A DNA stretch of 64,000 bases from Octopus vulgaris (GCA_951406725.2 OX597818.1:144026001-144090000); one strand, 5' to 3'; positions 13,815 through 27,861 are shown, counted from the first letter of the stretch. Notes: generated by a model from the sequence alone, not told the origin. Numbers and translations: made by a program.

Positions 13815-14159
13815 AAAAGGGTAAAGACCCCCTTCGGTCATGAATGACCATGGGATTGCACCTAGAAAGTTACCCTCCTAGACACAAGTCCGGGCAAGGT
13901 TGTTTATGGAAGACCAGCAGTCGCCCATGCATACCAGCCTCCCCTCTCCACACCACCAGTGTTATCCAAGGGAAAGACAAAGGTCGATACAGCTTGGCAC
14001 CAGTGACGTCGCAACTCATTTCTACAGCTGAGTGAACAGGAGCAACGTGAAATAAAGTGCCTTGCTCAAGAACACTGCACGCAGCCCGATCCGTGAATCG
14101 AACTCACAACCTCACGATCGTAAGCTCGACGCTCTAACCACTGAGCCATGCGCCTTCAC
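13815..14159 (-). mobile_element. tRNA-Arg-like SINE (Octopus OR-like)
   Basis: Minus head ggcgcatggctcagtggttagagcgtcgagcttACGatcgtgaggttgtgagttcgattc with A/B boxes, followed by a non-tRNA body. Confidence 0.8.
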
Positions 14160-14299
14160 ACACACATATATATATATATGTCCATATATATACATATATA
14201 TATACCTACATATATATAGACATATATATACATATATATACATATATAAACATATATATATACATATGTACATAGATATGTATATATATACGTATGCAT

Positions 14300-14840
14300 G
14301 CATGGACGTCACAAAACGTAAACAACATGAAATACGAAAGTAACGTTGGGTACGCAAAGAACGAAAAAAACAAATAGAAAACAAGACGAGTAACATAAAA
14401 AAACGACCCTTCATCAGAAGTCGGCTGTCCTACTCCTTATTTTTGAGCAATGAACGACAAAATAAGACTTTGAAGGCAGTTTGGGTTTGCGGAGGATCAA
14501 AGTTGGTAACAAAAACAGAACATACAACAAACCATACGAAATGAATACATAGAGGGAGGGCCGTTAAGCTGAGCCGAGTTTATGTAGCGAACGATGGATA
14601 AGAGAAAAGATAAGAGAGGAGACAGATAGGAATGCGTCTGGACTGCACAACAGACTGAAGGAAAAGAAAGATGATCATGCGAAGAAAGAAAATATGGACG
14701 ATGGTCACGTGTGAGCAACGAGAAAGAGTAAAGGAGGAAGAGGGAAGAGGGAGAGAGAGAGGGAGAGAGAGAACAGTAAAGGAAAGAGTCACATCAAATA
14801 TATTAAGATAAAACTTGGATGCGTGGCGTTCACTCAAATA
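14300..14840. repeat. Dispersed non-coding repeat (second copy at 17025-17325)
   Basis: ggacgtcacaaaacgt..aacatgaaatacgaaa..aacgttgggtacgcaaagaacga shared with 17025-17325; CTGATGAAGGG on minus. Confidence 0.7.
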
Positions 14841-14843
14841 ATA

Positions 14844-15237
14844 ATAGTATCGCCCGGCGTTGCTCAGGTTTGTAAGGGAAATAACTATATAAGCATTTTT
14901 AGAGAGTTATAGCCAAAAAATAGCAAAAACATGCATTAAAAATGGAAAAAAATTATGGTAATTTTTTTTTTAAATCGTTGACTCATCGTGGACATTTTTA
15001 GAGAGTTACTTCCCTTATATAATAGCGAAAAAATGCATTAAAATGGAAAAAAATTATGGTAAATTTTTTTTTAAATCATAGACTCATCGTAGACGCGCGC
15101 TAATACCCAGAAGGGCTCGATATGAATCACGACTATAAGATACCCGGTTTTGGTTAAACTGCACCGCAAAATGTGGGAGTAGTTAGGAATCTAAATCGTA
15201 GGAGACAGACACAAAACCTCTCTTTTATATATAAAGA
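14844..15237 (-). mobile_element. Non-autonomous Helitron
   Basis: Reverse complement of 40141-40650; 3' hairpin cccggcgttgctc at the left end, TC..TATATAAAA start at the right end. Confidence 0.75.
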
Positions 15238-15274
15238 TATATATATATAAATATTATTTTATTTTCTATTTTTT

Positions 15275-16570
15275 ATCTAGTTTCAGCTCACAAGCTGTGG
15301 CCATGCTGGGGTACTGCCATTCGGTGTTGCTACATTATTTTACTTCACGAATGCTTTTTAGCAATTGCCATTTGGTGCATGAGAGAGTTCGATGCAGCTG
15401 CCCTCATCTGCACCTCCTGCCGTGAAATTGGTTCATCTGGGACACCTGACAAGAAGAGATCCGGTTTTATTTTAAAGACATCTGCATCCACCCCATGCAG
15501 GTCTCTTAGGTTCTTCGGGAGGATATTGAAGAGCTGTGGACCTCGGAAGCCCAGGCTATCACAGTATCTTGTCCTACATCTTGATGGCAAATTTGAAGTC
15601 CTTGGCACTATGCAGTGGCGCCCAGTTCTGGCATTTGTGTAACTCTCGATGCCAAAGTTTGGGACAAGTCCTTCTAGGATCTTCCAGATGTATATTATGG
15701 CATATCTTTCTCGCCTACGCTCTAAGGAACAGAGTCTCAATCTCTTGAGTCTTTCCCAATAGCTTATATGCTGCACAGAGGCTATCTTCTTCGTCTAGCT
15801 TCGATGGATCGCCTCAAGTTCTGTGATTAACTTGACACTGGATGGTGACCATAGCTGAGAGCAATAGTCAAAGTGGCTTAGGACAAGTGTCCTCCAGAGG
15901 ACCATCATGGTTTCTTGGACTCTTGTTCTAAAGGTTCTAAGAATCCATCCGGTCAGCCGCCTTCATTTCATTGCCAATTTAGCAACATGCACATGAAAGG
16001 TTGCATCATCACTCATGTAAATACCCAGGTCTCGCACTGATTGTGCCTCTGGGATTGCAATCCCTCCAGGTCCAGTGTATTTATTGGGTATTGCATTTAG
16101 TTTTGCATGCTGATAGCATAAAGCTTGAAACTTTTCAGCATTGAACTACATGCTATTCTTTTCAGGCCACTTGTATATTTTGTCCAGTTCACATTGCAGG
16201 TGCTTAGTGTCTTCAGGGTTCTGTATTGCCTGTGAAACTTTTGTATCATCTGCATAACTTGTGATCGTGGCTCTCTGCGTGGCAGAGGGCATGTCTGAGA
16301 GGGCCATTATGAACAGTAGTGGTCCCAAAACAGTGCCTTGCGGAACACCTGACTTCTATCCTTCAGAAAGTCATGAAGCCATTCTCCCAATTTTCCAACT
16401 ATGCCAAGATCACGCAGTTTGTGACATATCATTCCATGATCGACTTTATCAAAGGCCTTTGCAAAGCCGAGATATATGACTTCCACATTTGAGTGGTTGA
16501 GCAGTCGTTTCAGCACCCAGTCATAGTGTTGTAGGAGCTGAGTTAAGCAGCTTCTTCCTGGTCAGAAATC
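15275..16570 (-). mobile_element. CR1-group LINE 3' fragment (same family as 970-2335)
   Basis: [46 protein letters not shown]; 3' tail at 15275-15320. Confidence 0.92.
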
Positions 16571-16855
16571 ATATATATATATATATATATATAGAGACGA
16601 TACAAAATCACGGGCGGGTCATTCGAAGCTTTTAATCTTCAGTCAAGAACCGGATCATCCTCGCAATTTCGGCTGATTAATCATGAGATTGCTCCAATAT
16701 TGCCAGCCCCGAGGAAAAACTAAGCTAAGAGCATTAGATTCCTTGGAAAAAAAGCATCGAATGTATACGAAACAAGGGCGGAAAAACGGACGATGTTACA
16801 CGAATATAAATACAAAAATAATACAAAAGACAATAATAATAATAATAATAATAAC

Positions 16856-16892
<37 letters not shown>

Positions 16893-16920
16893 TATATATA
16901 TATATATATAATATATATAT

Positions 16921-16954
<34 letters not shown>

Positions 16955-17024
16955 ACATATATGCATACATACACACACATGTACATACATACATATGTAC
17001 GTATATAGGTATGCATATATGAGT

Positions 17025-17325
17025 ACAGGACGTCACAAAACGTGAACAACATGAAATACGAAAATAACGTTGGGTACGCAAAGAACGAATGAAACAAAAA
17101 GAAAACAAGTAACATAAAAAACGACCCTTCAACAGTTGCCTTTCAACTCTTCATTTTGAGTAATGAAAGACAGGATAAGACTTTGAAAATAATTGCTCAT
17201 GCGAACCAAAATAAAATTTGGGATTTGCGGAGGGACAAAGTTGGTAACAATACATACAACAAACCAACAAATGAAAACAAACATGGAGGGTCGACAGACT
17301 CAGTGGAGATATGGTAGCGAACGCT
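17025..17325. repeat. Dispersed non-coding repeat, copy 2
   Basis: Similar to 14300-14600. Confidence 0.7.
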
Positions 17326-17338
17326 GTGTGTGTATATA

Positions 17339-17382
<44 letters not shown>

Positions 17383-17422
17383 TATATATGCATATATATG
17401 TGTGTGTGTGTATATATATATA

Positions 17423-17490
<68 letters not shown>

Positions 17491-17501
17491 TATATATATG
17501 C

Positions 17502-17534
<33 letters not shown>

Positions 17535-17548
17535 AATATTTATACATA

Positions 17549-17602
<54 letters not shown>

Positions 17603-17630
17603 GGTGTGTGTGTGTGTGTGTGTAAACATA

Positions 17631-18199
17631 TACACTTGCGTCGGAAATTAATTATCACTTCTCAAATTTCTACATTTCTTACATTTTCTTAATTTAATTA
17701 ACTTATTATCAGAAACGAACTCGTTTTTAACCAAAAATTTATTAAAACATATCCCAGCACACCACATAATTGTTATTAATCGTGAAATTTAGTCAATATC
17801 TTGTTGCTCCTCCTTTGGCAGCAATGACATCTGCTACGCGGGTCGGCATGCTGTCTATGAGTGCCTGCAGGTACTGTGCAGGGATGGCCCCTCATGCAGC
17901 AAGAAGTGCCCCAAACAGCTCGTGTCGGTTCCTGTATTGCTGCACATTCAAATCCCTACCCAATCGACTCCAGAGGTTCTCAATAGGGTTCAGGTCAGGT
18001 GACTGGCCAGCACGTACTCCTCGCCACCAAAGAGGTATCCCGTACTATCTCAACGTACTTTGCTGCGTTGATATTGCCTTCGACGGCATAGAGCCGCCCA
18101 ACACCACTGTAGCTGAACGCCCCTCACACCATCAGACCACCCCCACCATGCTTCATGGTGAGCAAATCAAGGGTGCTAATCAATTTCTGACGGTAGTGT
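17631..18199 (-). mobile_element. Internally deleted Tc1-like transposon
   Basis: TIRs tacacttgcgtcggaaattaattatcac / ggtgctaatcaatttctgacggtagtgta with TA ends; minus translation SPDLNPIENLW and IDSMPTRVADVIAAKGGATRY*. Confidence 0.85.
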
Positions 18200-18479
18200 A
18201 TATACGAGCAAAACGCCCCCCGTCCAATTGACGGTGCTGAATCATATCTGCTGAATAAAAAGCAATCAGTGTTTTCTTTTCATTAAAAAATAATTAAGCA
18301 TGTCTTTATTTCAATAAAATTTTGGGTTTTATTAAACGAAGTTAAGGTAAAGAAAAAGACTTCTTGAGAAACCAAATAGTCTTTCCTTCCTTTATACCAA
18401 GTTTAAAGAAAATATCCCTTTTACATCTTACTTTTTAGGTCTCTTAAATATACTGCATTTTGTGGCACTATTTCAAGCC

Positions 18480-18755
18480 AGCCGGCTTTTTTTTGCGCAA
18501 ACTGCACGTGCATTTTTCTCGCGTACGCGTAGTATCGATCGCAACAGCTGATGTACTTACGCGCATAAATGCACGTTCCCACGGCTTTATCGATCGCATT
18601 CTCACATGGAATCGATTTTTGTATTTTTTTCAAGACTTATACACGCGCTGATACCGACGGTATTTACATATCAAATTTGAGCGCAATCAGATGGAGGATG
18701 CCCGAGATCCTAGAAGACACACACACACAGACAGAACGAATTTTATATAATAGAT
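18480..18755 (-). mobile_element. Helitron 5' fragment (family of 57722-59088)
   Basis: Reverse complement of 57740-57905. Confidence 0.7.
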
Positions 18756-18769
18756 GTGCATATATATAT

Positions 18770-20816
18770 ATAATAATATAATGAAATTATTGTATACAGT
18801 GCTCAGGTGCACCACAACTTGTCAGAAAGTGCATATAAAGTACATGCAGCAATGTAGAAATGTCTGGAAAGTGAACAGTGTATGAGTCAGATACCTGCTT
18901 GTGTGTGTATGGAGGGGAGAAAATCAAGTGTAGTGTTGGCGAATCTCAGGAAGCATGGAAGTCTTGAAGGATGCAGTGCTCCGACAACTAACAACCGATG
19001 CCGGCAGTTTGTTCCACGCTTCAGCAACTCTCAGTGTGAAAAAATGTTTCCTGAAGTCATGGGAGCTGTGCTGTTTTCTTACTTTGTAAATATGTCCACG
19101 GGTGTTAGATGGGTGGAGTTTGAAGAGGTGCTCAGAGTTATTGTTTGTGCGATGGTTGATAATTTTATGGGTGTCTGCCAAGTCAGCTGCCAGACGTCGG
19201 AGTTTCAATGTGTCCATGCCCAGGGAAGTAAGGCGTTCAGGATATGGCAAATGCCTGATGGAGGGTATTCTTTTGGTTGCACGTCGCTGAACAGCTTCCA
19301 GACGATTGATGACCTGGGCAAGATAGGGGTTCCAGACCGGTGAGGCAAATTCCAGGTGAGGTCTTACCATAGCTATATAAAGCCGCAGATAGATAGCCGG
19401 AGAGCGGCTCACAAAGGATTTGGTGAGTGATGCCAAGACACCCTCAGCCTTCTTGACAATTTTGGCGATGTGTTTTGTCCAACGCAAATCATTGTCGACA
19501 ATAACGCCCAGGTCACGCTCACTTGAAGACTTTTTGAGACTAGTGTTGTAGAGGGAGTAGGTGAACGCTGGGTTTCTCCTCCCAAAATGCATGGTGGTAC
19601 ATTTGTCCACAGCCAGCTTGAGTTGCCAGTCCATGATCCACTGCTGCATTGTGTCCAGTCTGCTTGCAATAGAGATCCATAGTGTATAGGATTTGACCTC
19701 TTTATTTCGAGGTACAGCTTGATGTCATCTGCATATTTCAGCACTGTGGCATTCTTTAAGTTGGCATCTATGTCATTAACATATGCAACAAATAAAAGGG
19801 GGCCACGAACAGATCCCTGCGGCACACCAGATGTCATCTCATAGGGCGAAGAGTGCTGTCCTAGAACTGTGACAACCTCTTTTCGGCCGAAAATAAAGGA
19901 CTTTAACCAGTTATAGAGTTCGTCTCTTACACCCAACGCAGAAAGCTTCACCATAAGTCTTTTGTGAGGCACAGAGTTAAAAGCCTTAGCAAAGTCCATG
20001 TAAACAACATCCACCCAGGATCCGCAATCAGTGATTTGGGTAACATCCTCAAGAAACTCGATGAGTTGATTACAGCAGCTGGAGTTAGGAATAAATCCGA
20101 ATTGTGACGGCTGGATGAGGCTGTGAGACTTTCCAGAAGTTCCAGAGGGTTTCTCTGATACAGGATTCCATCAGTTTGGCGATGCAGCTGGTAAGACTGA
20201 CGAGCGATAGTTGACAGGCGATGTGCGGTCGCCTTTTTTGAACAGAGGGATGACACTGGCAGTTTTCCACTGTTCTGGAGTAACACCATTGTCAAGACAG
20301 AATTGGAAGAATAGAGAAAGTTGGCTTAGAAGAAAGTACCCACCGCGTTTGAGAAGTAGGTATGTAACACCATCGAGACCAGGAGAGGCATAGTTGCGTT
20401 TAATCTTTAGGTGGCGTTGCAGCATTGCTGGTGTAAATTGCATAGAAGATATAGAGTCCGATGTCAGTGGTGATGATGATGGAACATTTTGGTCTTCGAC
20501 AGTAAAGATGCCGGCATAGCATCCAGCAATGATTTCTGCACATTCTTCGGGATTGCCAGTAATCTGTCCTGTGTGGGGATTGCGAAGGGGACCAACAGGA
20601 GAGTGGGGTCTCTGCTTTGAGTGCACATACTTCCAGAACCCTTTGCTGTCAGGGTTAGCTGCAATGCGTTGTTCAAATTCAAGCACTGCCTTTTTTGTCA
20701 CCTGCTTGAGGTGGTTGGCTGACCTATTGCGCTTTTTCCTGTTGCTCTCTGATTTGTGCAATTTGTATTCCCATTCAGCATTACATATATATACATGCAT
20801 ATGTATATATACATAC

Positions 20817-20906
<90 letters not shown>

Positions 20907-20990
20907 TTGCACCACCAGATATACCCGGGGTTCATCGGGATTGAAAATAGCAGAGTTTGTTATTGATTTATTTGCATGTGATTGCCACAT
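18770..20990 (-). mobile_element. 5'-truncated CR1-group LINE with frameshifts, split by a (TA)n tract
   Basis: ORFs 20171-20935, 19409-20014 and 18924-19649 carry PGLDG, YMDFAKAFNSVPH, GVPQGSV, YADD, RPHLEFASPVWNP and RVAEAWNKLP; 3' UTR ends in a (TTA)-like tail. Confidence 0.92.
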
Positions 20991-21084
20991 GCTGGAGCGC
21001 CGGCTTTAGCCGCAGAAAACGACCCCAGAATTTATTCTTTGTAAGCTTAGTGCTTCTTCTATCAGTGTTTTGCAAAGCGATGGT

Positions 21085-21135
21085 GAGGGTATACATACAC
21101 ACACACACATATGTATATATACATACAACTATACA

Positions 21136-21202
<67 letters not shown>

Positions 21203-21347
21203 TTCAAATGTATATACATACATATACATATATTCAAATGTATATACATGCATATTAATATATATATATATATATATATACATACATACATATATGTACA
21301 TACATATATATACATGTATATGCATATGTATGTGTGTGTATATATAA

Positions 21348-21390
<43 letters not shown>

Positions 21391-21453
21391 TACATACATC
21401 TGTATACATATTTACACATGTATATATACATATATAAACATGTATATACATAT

Positions 21454-21507
<54 letters not shown>
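21085..21507. repeat. (TA/CA)n microsatellite block
   Basis: Direct sequence. Confidence 0.95.
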
Positions 21508-21510
<3 letters not shown>

Positions 21511-23775
21511 GGGGTTGACTGGTCTACAAACAGTCTGCCGCCAGGTTCTTCTCTCTCAACCCCTGACAGGGAGGCAGTGGAATCGCTTCTTGACTTCATG
21601 GATGACTTCTTCTTGTCCCAACTGGTACTCGAACCAACGAGATGTCACAAAAACGTCTTCAGCAATCACACTGATACTATCCACAATATTGCAGTGGAGA
21701 AAACCCTACTCTCCGACCATGACATGGTTCTCTGTGATCTGAGATTTCACTGGCCAAAATGCAAAACAAATGTCATCTCTCCTGTTCATCCATTTGACAC
21801 TATGGATTTCCACAATGCAAACTGGGAAGCGATCAATAATGATCTTGCACAAGTCGAATGGTCCTTCACGCACACATACACACCCACTAACACCAAAAAG
21901 TCCTGGCAGTCACTTGTAGACACCATCACGAACATATGTGCAAAACACACCCCATTAAGATCTGTAAACAAATCTAAGTGTCGAATCCCTAGAAATAGAA
22001 AATCTCTCATAAGGAAAATTAAAAGAATCAACAAAAAGATCAACATGCTGAAATACTGTCAACAGCAACACACCAACCTGACTGCCATCTCGTCGCTAGA
22101 GATTAAAAAACATAAACTCCAAAACAACATGATGTCTATCATCAATAGTCAGCGAAGAGCTGAAGAGGCCTGGGCCATTGAGAAGATCAAACTCAATCCC
22201 AAAGTGTTCTTTTCATTTGCAAAAAAACACAGAGTCACTGGTTCTACTGTTGGCCCTCTGATTGATGAAAATGGTACTCTTCAAGACAATGCCAAAACCA
22301 TGGGAGAGATATTGCAGAAACAATATTGCTCTGTTTTCAGCAATCCTGATATGACTGATCTGGGCTGTATCAGTGATGTTACTCCCCAATACACTTTATC
22401 GGACATAACATTTGGCGCTCCTGATGTCTTAGCAGCAATAAAGGAAATGAAGCATAATTCAGCAGTAGGTCCCGATAGGTTCCCTGCTTGTGTCTTGAAG
22501 ATGTGTCAAAACCAACTTGCACCCCCTCTAGCCAATCTGTGGCGGAACTCACTGGATGCTGGATATATACCAGAAGACCTTCTATCCCAGTCTGTTGTCC
22601 CAGTTTTCAAAAAAGGAAACAAATCGCTTGCCGTGAATTACCGTCCAATCTCACTCACCTCTCATATCATCAAGGTATTTGAGAGGGTGCTGAGATCGCG
22701 TATGACTCACTTCCTTGAGAGTCATAATATGCTGAACCCCAACCAGCATGGATTCCATAATGGGAGAGATTGCCTGACGCAGCTACTGCATCATTTTGAT
22801 GACATTTTGAGAGCCTTGGGAGAAGGTTCCAACACTGATGTCATCTACCTTGATTTCAGCAAGGCCTTTGACAGGGTTGATCATAAGATCCTTCTGAGAA
22901 AGCTGTCCAATATTGGTGTCACTGGAAAGCTGCTGCAGTGGATCAAGTGCTTCCTGTCTAACAGAACCCAACATGTTGTAGTCGAAGGAGTCAAATCCAG
23001 CCCAGCCAAAGTCAGCAGTGGTGTCCCACAAGGCACTGTGTTGGGCCCACTTCTCTTCATCATCTACATAAATGATATTACTGACACCATCAAACACAGT
23101 AACATCAGAACCTTCGCTGATGATTCCAAGCTCCAGAAGGTCATCAATGGCGTGGATGACCGAATAAACCTTCAGTCAGACCTACTGGTTGTTGTCCAAT
23201 GGGAGGAAAAGAATAACATGTTGCTAAATGAAGACAAATTCGAACTGATCCACTTTGGAAGGGAGGACGCTCTGAAACTCCCATACTCTCTTCCTTCTGG
23301 AGAAATTCTCATGGCATCCAACAACATCAGAGACCTGGGAGTAACAGTGGACAACAACATAAGCTGGGCTACACATATAAGCAGCAAAGTTGACATGGCC
23401 CGCAGAATGTGTTCCTGGATTCTCAGACCCTTCCAGTCGAGAGATTCCCACGCTATTATCCTTCTCTTCTCCACTTTTGCCCGACCCCACCTTGAATACT
23501 GCTGTCCACTGTGGTCTCCCTACACAAAACAAAATATTATGAGAATTGAAGCTCCCCAAAGGTCAATCACAAAAAAGATAGATGGCATGTCAGACCTTGA
23601 CTACTGGGGTAGACTAGAGAAGCTGAAATTGTATTCACTCCAACGACGCCGTGAACGCTACATTATCTGTATGATGTGGAAAATATTCCATCAGCACTGT
23701 CCGAATGATGTTGGCATCACCTTCAAAATGCATCCAAGGCTTGGACCACGTGCCATCCGTCCACAACAAAAATCT
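21508..23775 (+). mobile_element. CR1-group LINE A, ORF2 fragment (end of APE endonuclease + RT), 3' end missing
   Basis: [48 protein letters not shown] (23113-23124), [13 protein letters not shown]; frame open throughout. Confidence 0.93.
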
Positions 23776-26443
23776 AAAAATCTGTATGTTAAGTCTGAGC
23801 ACAAACCGTCCAGCGGTATTCTACCCACTAATGCTCAACCTACAACAAAATTCGATGCCGTCTATTGCAAGCTGAGCCTATCTGAGTTTTGCCTGCCCGT
23901 GTTGGCTGTCTACAGGCCGCCTCTTGCCGACCCCCAGGACGATGCTCATTTACTCGAGGCGATAAGATTCGTTTCAGCTTCGCATGACTGTTTGGTACTA
24001 GGAGACTTCAACGCTCCCACGATCGATTGGCCCGCATCAATTTGTACAACATCTTCCCGGTTCGGCCAGGCCCTTCTTGACGTGGCTGAAGATTGTTTTC
24101 TATCGCAACATGTTGAATATCCGACAAGGCATCGGTCTGGGCAGCAGCCATCTATGCTAGATCTGGTATTCTCCCGCTATCCAAGATCAGTGTCAGACGT
24201 ATCTGTGTGCGCCCCTCTTGCCAAGAGTGATCATGCGGTCCTGAAGTTCGTCATGCACACAACTTTTTCTACGCCCACGACTACTTCGCTGCCACGTAGA
24301 GTCTTCTCTGCAATTAATCTTGAAATTCTAACCGAGGCTTCCGCGCTTCTGGACTGGCGATCCCTGATGACGTTGTCCTCAGTTGACGAACTATGGTCAT
24401 CCCTCAAAGCATATGTAATCTGTTTGACTGACCAGGCAGTTCCCGTTGGGCTTCCCAAGAGGAAGAAACACAAGCCCTGGGTGACGAAGAAGGTTAAACG
24501 AGAACGTCGACTCAGAGATATTGCTTGGGCTGAATTCAAAAATCTGGATTCGACTGCAGCTTTTGAGGTGTACAAAACTCAACGAGACCGAGCCGTGAAA
24601 ATTGAAAAGAAAGAACGCTTCAGTTATGAATACAAAATCGCGGCAAATGCCAGTAGCAATCCAAAAACCTTCTTTGCCCATGTCCAGCGGAATTCCCGCT
24701 TGAACAACCAGATTGCAACGTTGGTAGACTCAACAGGCGTATCGATTGAGGACCCTTATCAACAGAGTCAGTTATTTGCCGAGGCTTTTTCAACTATTTT
24801 CAAACAAGATGATGGTCGTGAACCCCCTCCATTTGTTAGATCAGTACCTCCAATGCTTCGATTGGTCATCACGCGGGACGAAGTCAAACGTGTTATTCAA
24901 GGCCTCGATGTCAACAAGGGTCACGGCCCTGACGGCATACACCCACGGGTTATCAAAGCGTTGGCTCCGGTCATCTGCGAGCCCTTAACACGACTTTTCA
25001 ATATGTCATTGGCGACGGGTGTTATACCTGCAGACTGGAGAACAGCGATAATCTGCCCAATTTTCAAGAAAGGGAGCCGCGAAGACCCGCTTAACTACCG
25101 ACCGGTTTCCCTTACATCAATAATCAGCAAGATGTTCGAAACCATCCTTAAGAAAAGTATGATGCTCCACCTCCTAAACACAGCCTCTATCTCTGAATCC
25201 CAACACGGCTTCGTGCCGAAGAGATCATGCTTGACCAACTTACTAGTAATGGAAGAATTGGTGACGCGCATCCTCGATGATAGTGATGCTGTTGACATCG
25301 TTTTATTGGACTTTGCCAAAGCTTTTGACTCAGTAAACCACCGCCTATTACTTGTCAAGCTTCAAGCATATAGTTTCCATCCGGATATTGTACGATGGGT
25401 TGGTGCCTTCCTCTCAGATCGCTCCTTCCAAGTCCAAGTTAATGGTTCGCGGTCCGACGTCTCCAGTGCGAGCAGTGGCGTGCCTCAAGGTTCAGTGCTT
25501 GGGCTCTTATTGTTCTTAGTCTTCATAAATGACTTGCCCGACGACCTCACGCAACACACCCTTCTATTTGCCGACGATGTCAAACTGGTCGCTCCTCGCG
25601 GTGATATAGAGGATCTTCGTCGATGCCTCCACCAAATTTGGAGGTGGTCTAACGAATGGGACCTGTGTCTGAACGTGTCAAAGTGCTGTCATCTGCCTGT
25701 TGGCTCTCCTCCTGCAACTCAACTTGATTTCGAGCCGGGTCGTCTGCTGCTGGAGAGGACCGATCAGGTAAAGGACCTGGGTATCTTGGTGAATTCCTCC
25801 TTTTCACCTTCGGCCCAGTGCGTCCATGCTGCCAACAAAGCACGCGGAATTCTGTTCTTGATTCGACGGTCATTCGGAATGCTCACAGCAGCCATATTCC
25901 TACCACTCTATGTCACGCTGGTGAGACCCATATTGGAGTACGGGATTCAAGCCTCTTCTCCTTATCTCCTTAAAGACATACAGCATCTCGAAAGAGTCCA
26001 GAAGCTGGCTACCCGCATGGTTCATGGTCTCAAAAATTTGTCCTATGAAGAAAGGCTGAGGACGCTCGACCTTTATTCTCTAGAAAACGCCGCCGCCGTG
26101 GTGATCTCATTCTCGCCCACAACATCATAAGCGGAAAGTGTAACCTCTCGAAAGAGCTGTTCTTCACTCCTGCTCCAGAGCGTCGGCTGCGGGGTCATTC
26201 CGAAAAGCTCTACCTGCGACCATTTCATCTCAATCGAAGGAGAGGAGCTTTCTCCGTCCGGGTTGCGGATCCGTGGAACAAGCTGCCAGACGAGATGGTG
26301 AAGATGCCGACGACCGCTCGGTTCAAAGTCTCCCTTAACCTCAAGTGGCCTGAACTCTTTACATGAACACCACCCTGTACTTAACTCCATGTCCCCCTAC
26401 ATGGCCTTGCTATTTGCTTTTGAGCCAAATCGACTAACTAACT

Positions 26444-26446
<3 letters not shown>
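23776..26446 (+). mobile_element. LINE B (different CR1/L2-group family): partial APE endonuclease + RT + 3' UTR with (CTAA)n tail
   Basis: LYVK, VYRPP, LGDFN, LDLVF, SDH endonuclease motifs; FADD at 25567-25578; 1-nt deletion near 26087 ([11 protein letters not shown] read as LENAAAVV); native stop at about 26366; hairpin ccatgt/acatgg; (CTAA)3 tail. Confidence 0.93.
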
Positions 26447-26527
<81 letters not shown>

Positions 26528-26636
26528 CATACATATATACACACATATACACATATAAATGTATGTATGTATGCATGTATGTATGTATGTATGTATGTAT
26601 GTATGTATGTATGTTTATAGATCGCTCAAACATGTA

Positions 26637-27820
26637 TGTAATATATTTTGACTTTGCAAAGGCCTTTGATAAGGTCGATCACGAGATGATATGTTGCTAG
26701 TTACGAAGACTCGGCATTGTAGGAAAACTGTGATTGGTTACAAAAGAGAGAAACCAAACGGTGGCAGTCAATGTGGCTGCCGTTGCTTATGGTGGCTCTC
26801 TCGAACATGCCATCTGTTATGCAGACAGCCAACTTACTAGCTCTGCCGATGATAGAAAAGTAGTAGAATCTAGGAAACTTACGATAATAATCTTCTACAG
26901 AAAAAGTTAGATGCCATATATTATATAAATGGGCGGAAGAAAACAACATGCAATTTATTGCAAGTATATTCCAAGCCCTCCGCTTGGAATTTACTTGCAA
27001 TACTTTGGACCAAAAGGAGAAGCAATCCCAAAGTCAAATACAGTGCGTGATCTGTGGACTTATACGAGCAACGATGCCACGTTTCACGTGCACATTACCA
27101 AGATTGTGGCAGTGTTCAGACGAATGGCCCGATGGATTCTGAGAACCCTCAGAACAAAGGACCAGGAAACTATGCTTGTTCTATGCTGCACATTAGTACT
27201 CAGCCATCTGGATTACTGCTCTCGACTGTGGTCACCCTGCAGTCTCAAATTAATAATGAATTTGAGGCAGTTCAGTGGTGCTACACCAGGAAAATTGCAT
27301 CAATGGAACAGCTGAGCTACTGGGAGAGAATGAAAGGTCTACGACTCTAATCTCTGGAGCGAAGATGAGAGAGGTAGGCAATGATATATGTATGGAGGGC
27401 CCTGGAGGTGTTGGCACCAAACTTTGGTATCAAGAGCTATACTAACCCCCGAACTGAAGGTCACTGCATTGTTCCAAAGATCCCAGCTATGCCATATAGA
27501 GTGAGGACCATGTACTGCAGTAACTTGGGATTCAAGAGCCCACAGCTATTTAATGTCTTCCCAAAATATCTAAAGGATCTTAATGAAGTAAAAGTGGATG
27601 TTTTCGAGAAACAGCTTAATCTCCTGCTGTCCAAGGTCCCAGATGGACTTATATCACGGCAGGAAACTCAAAAGGGGGAAGCTGTGTAAAACTCCTTCCT
27701 TCATCAAAAATCAATCACATAAGAACGGCCATTGAAAAGGTATTGACACTCGCGGTGCTCCAATATGGCCACTGCCTTTGGGCTGAAACATATAAAAGAA
27801 ACAAAAGAAACAAAAGAAAA
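26637..27820 (+). mobile_element. Degenerate CR1-group LINE 3' fragment (family of 15275-16570)
   Basis: [31 protein letters not shown]; tail gcggtgctccaatatggccactgcc..gctgaaac. Confidence 0.85.
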
Positions 27821-27821
27821 G

Positions 27822-27861
<40 letters not shown>

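Noticed and set aside
14085-14159. tRNA-Arg gene
   Set aside because: Imperfect cloverleaf that continues into a SINE body; it is a SINE head
21334-26130. 1598-aa ORF as a single genuine gene
   Set aside because: Its N-terminus is translated (TA)n microsatellite, the rest is two fused LINE ORF2 fragments, and it ends at a frameshift
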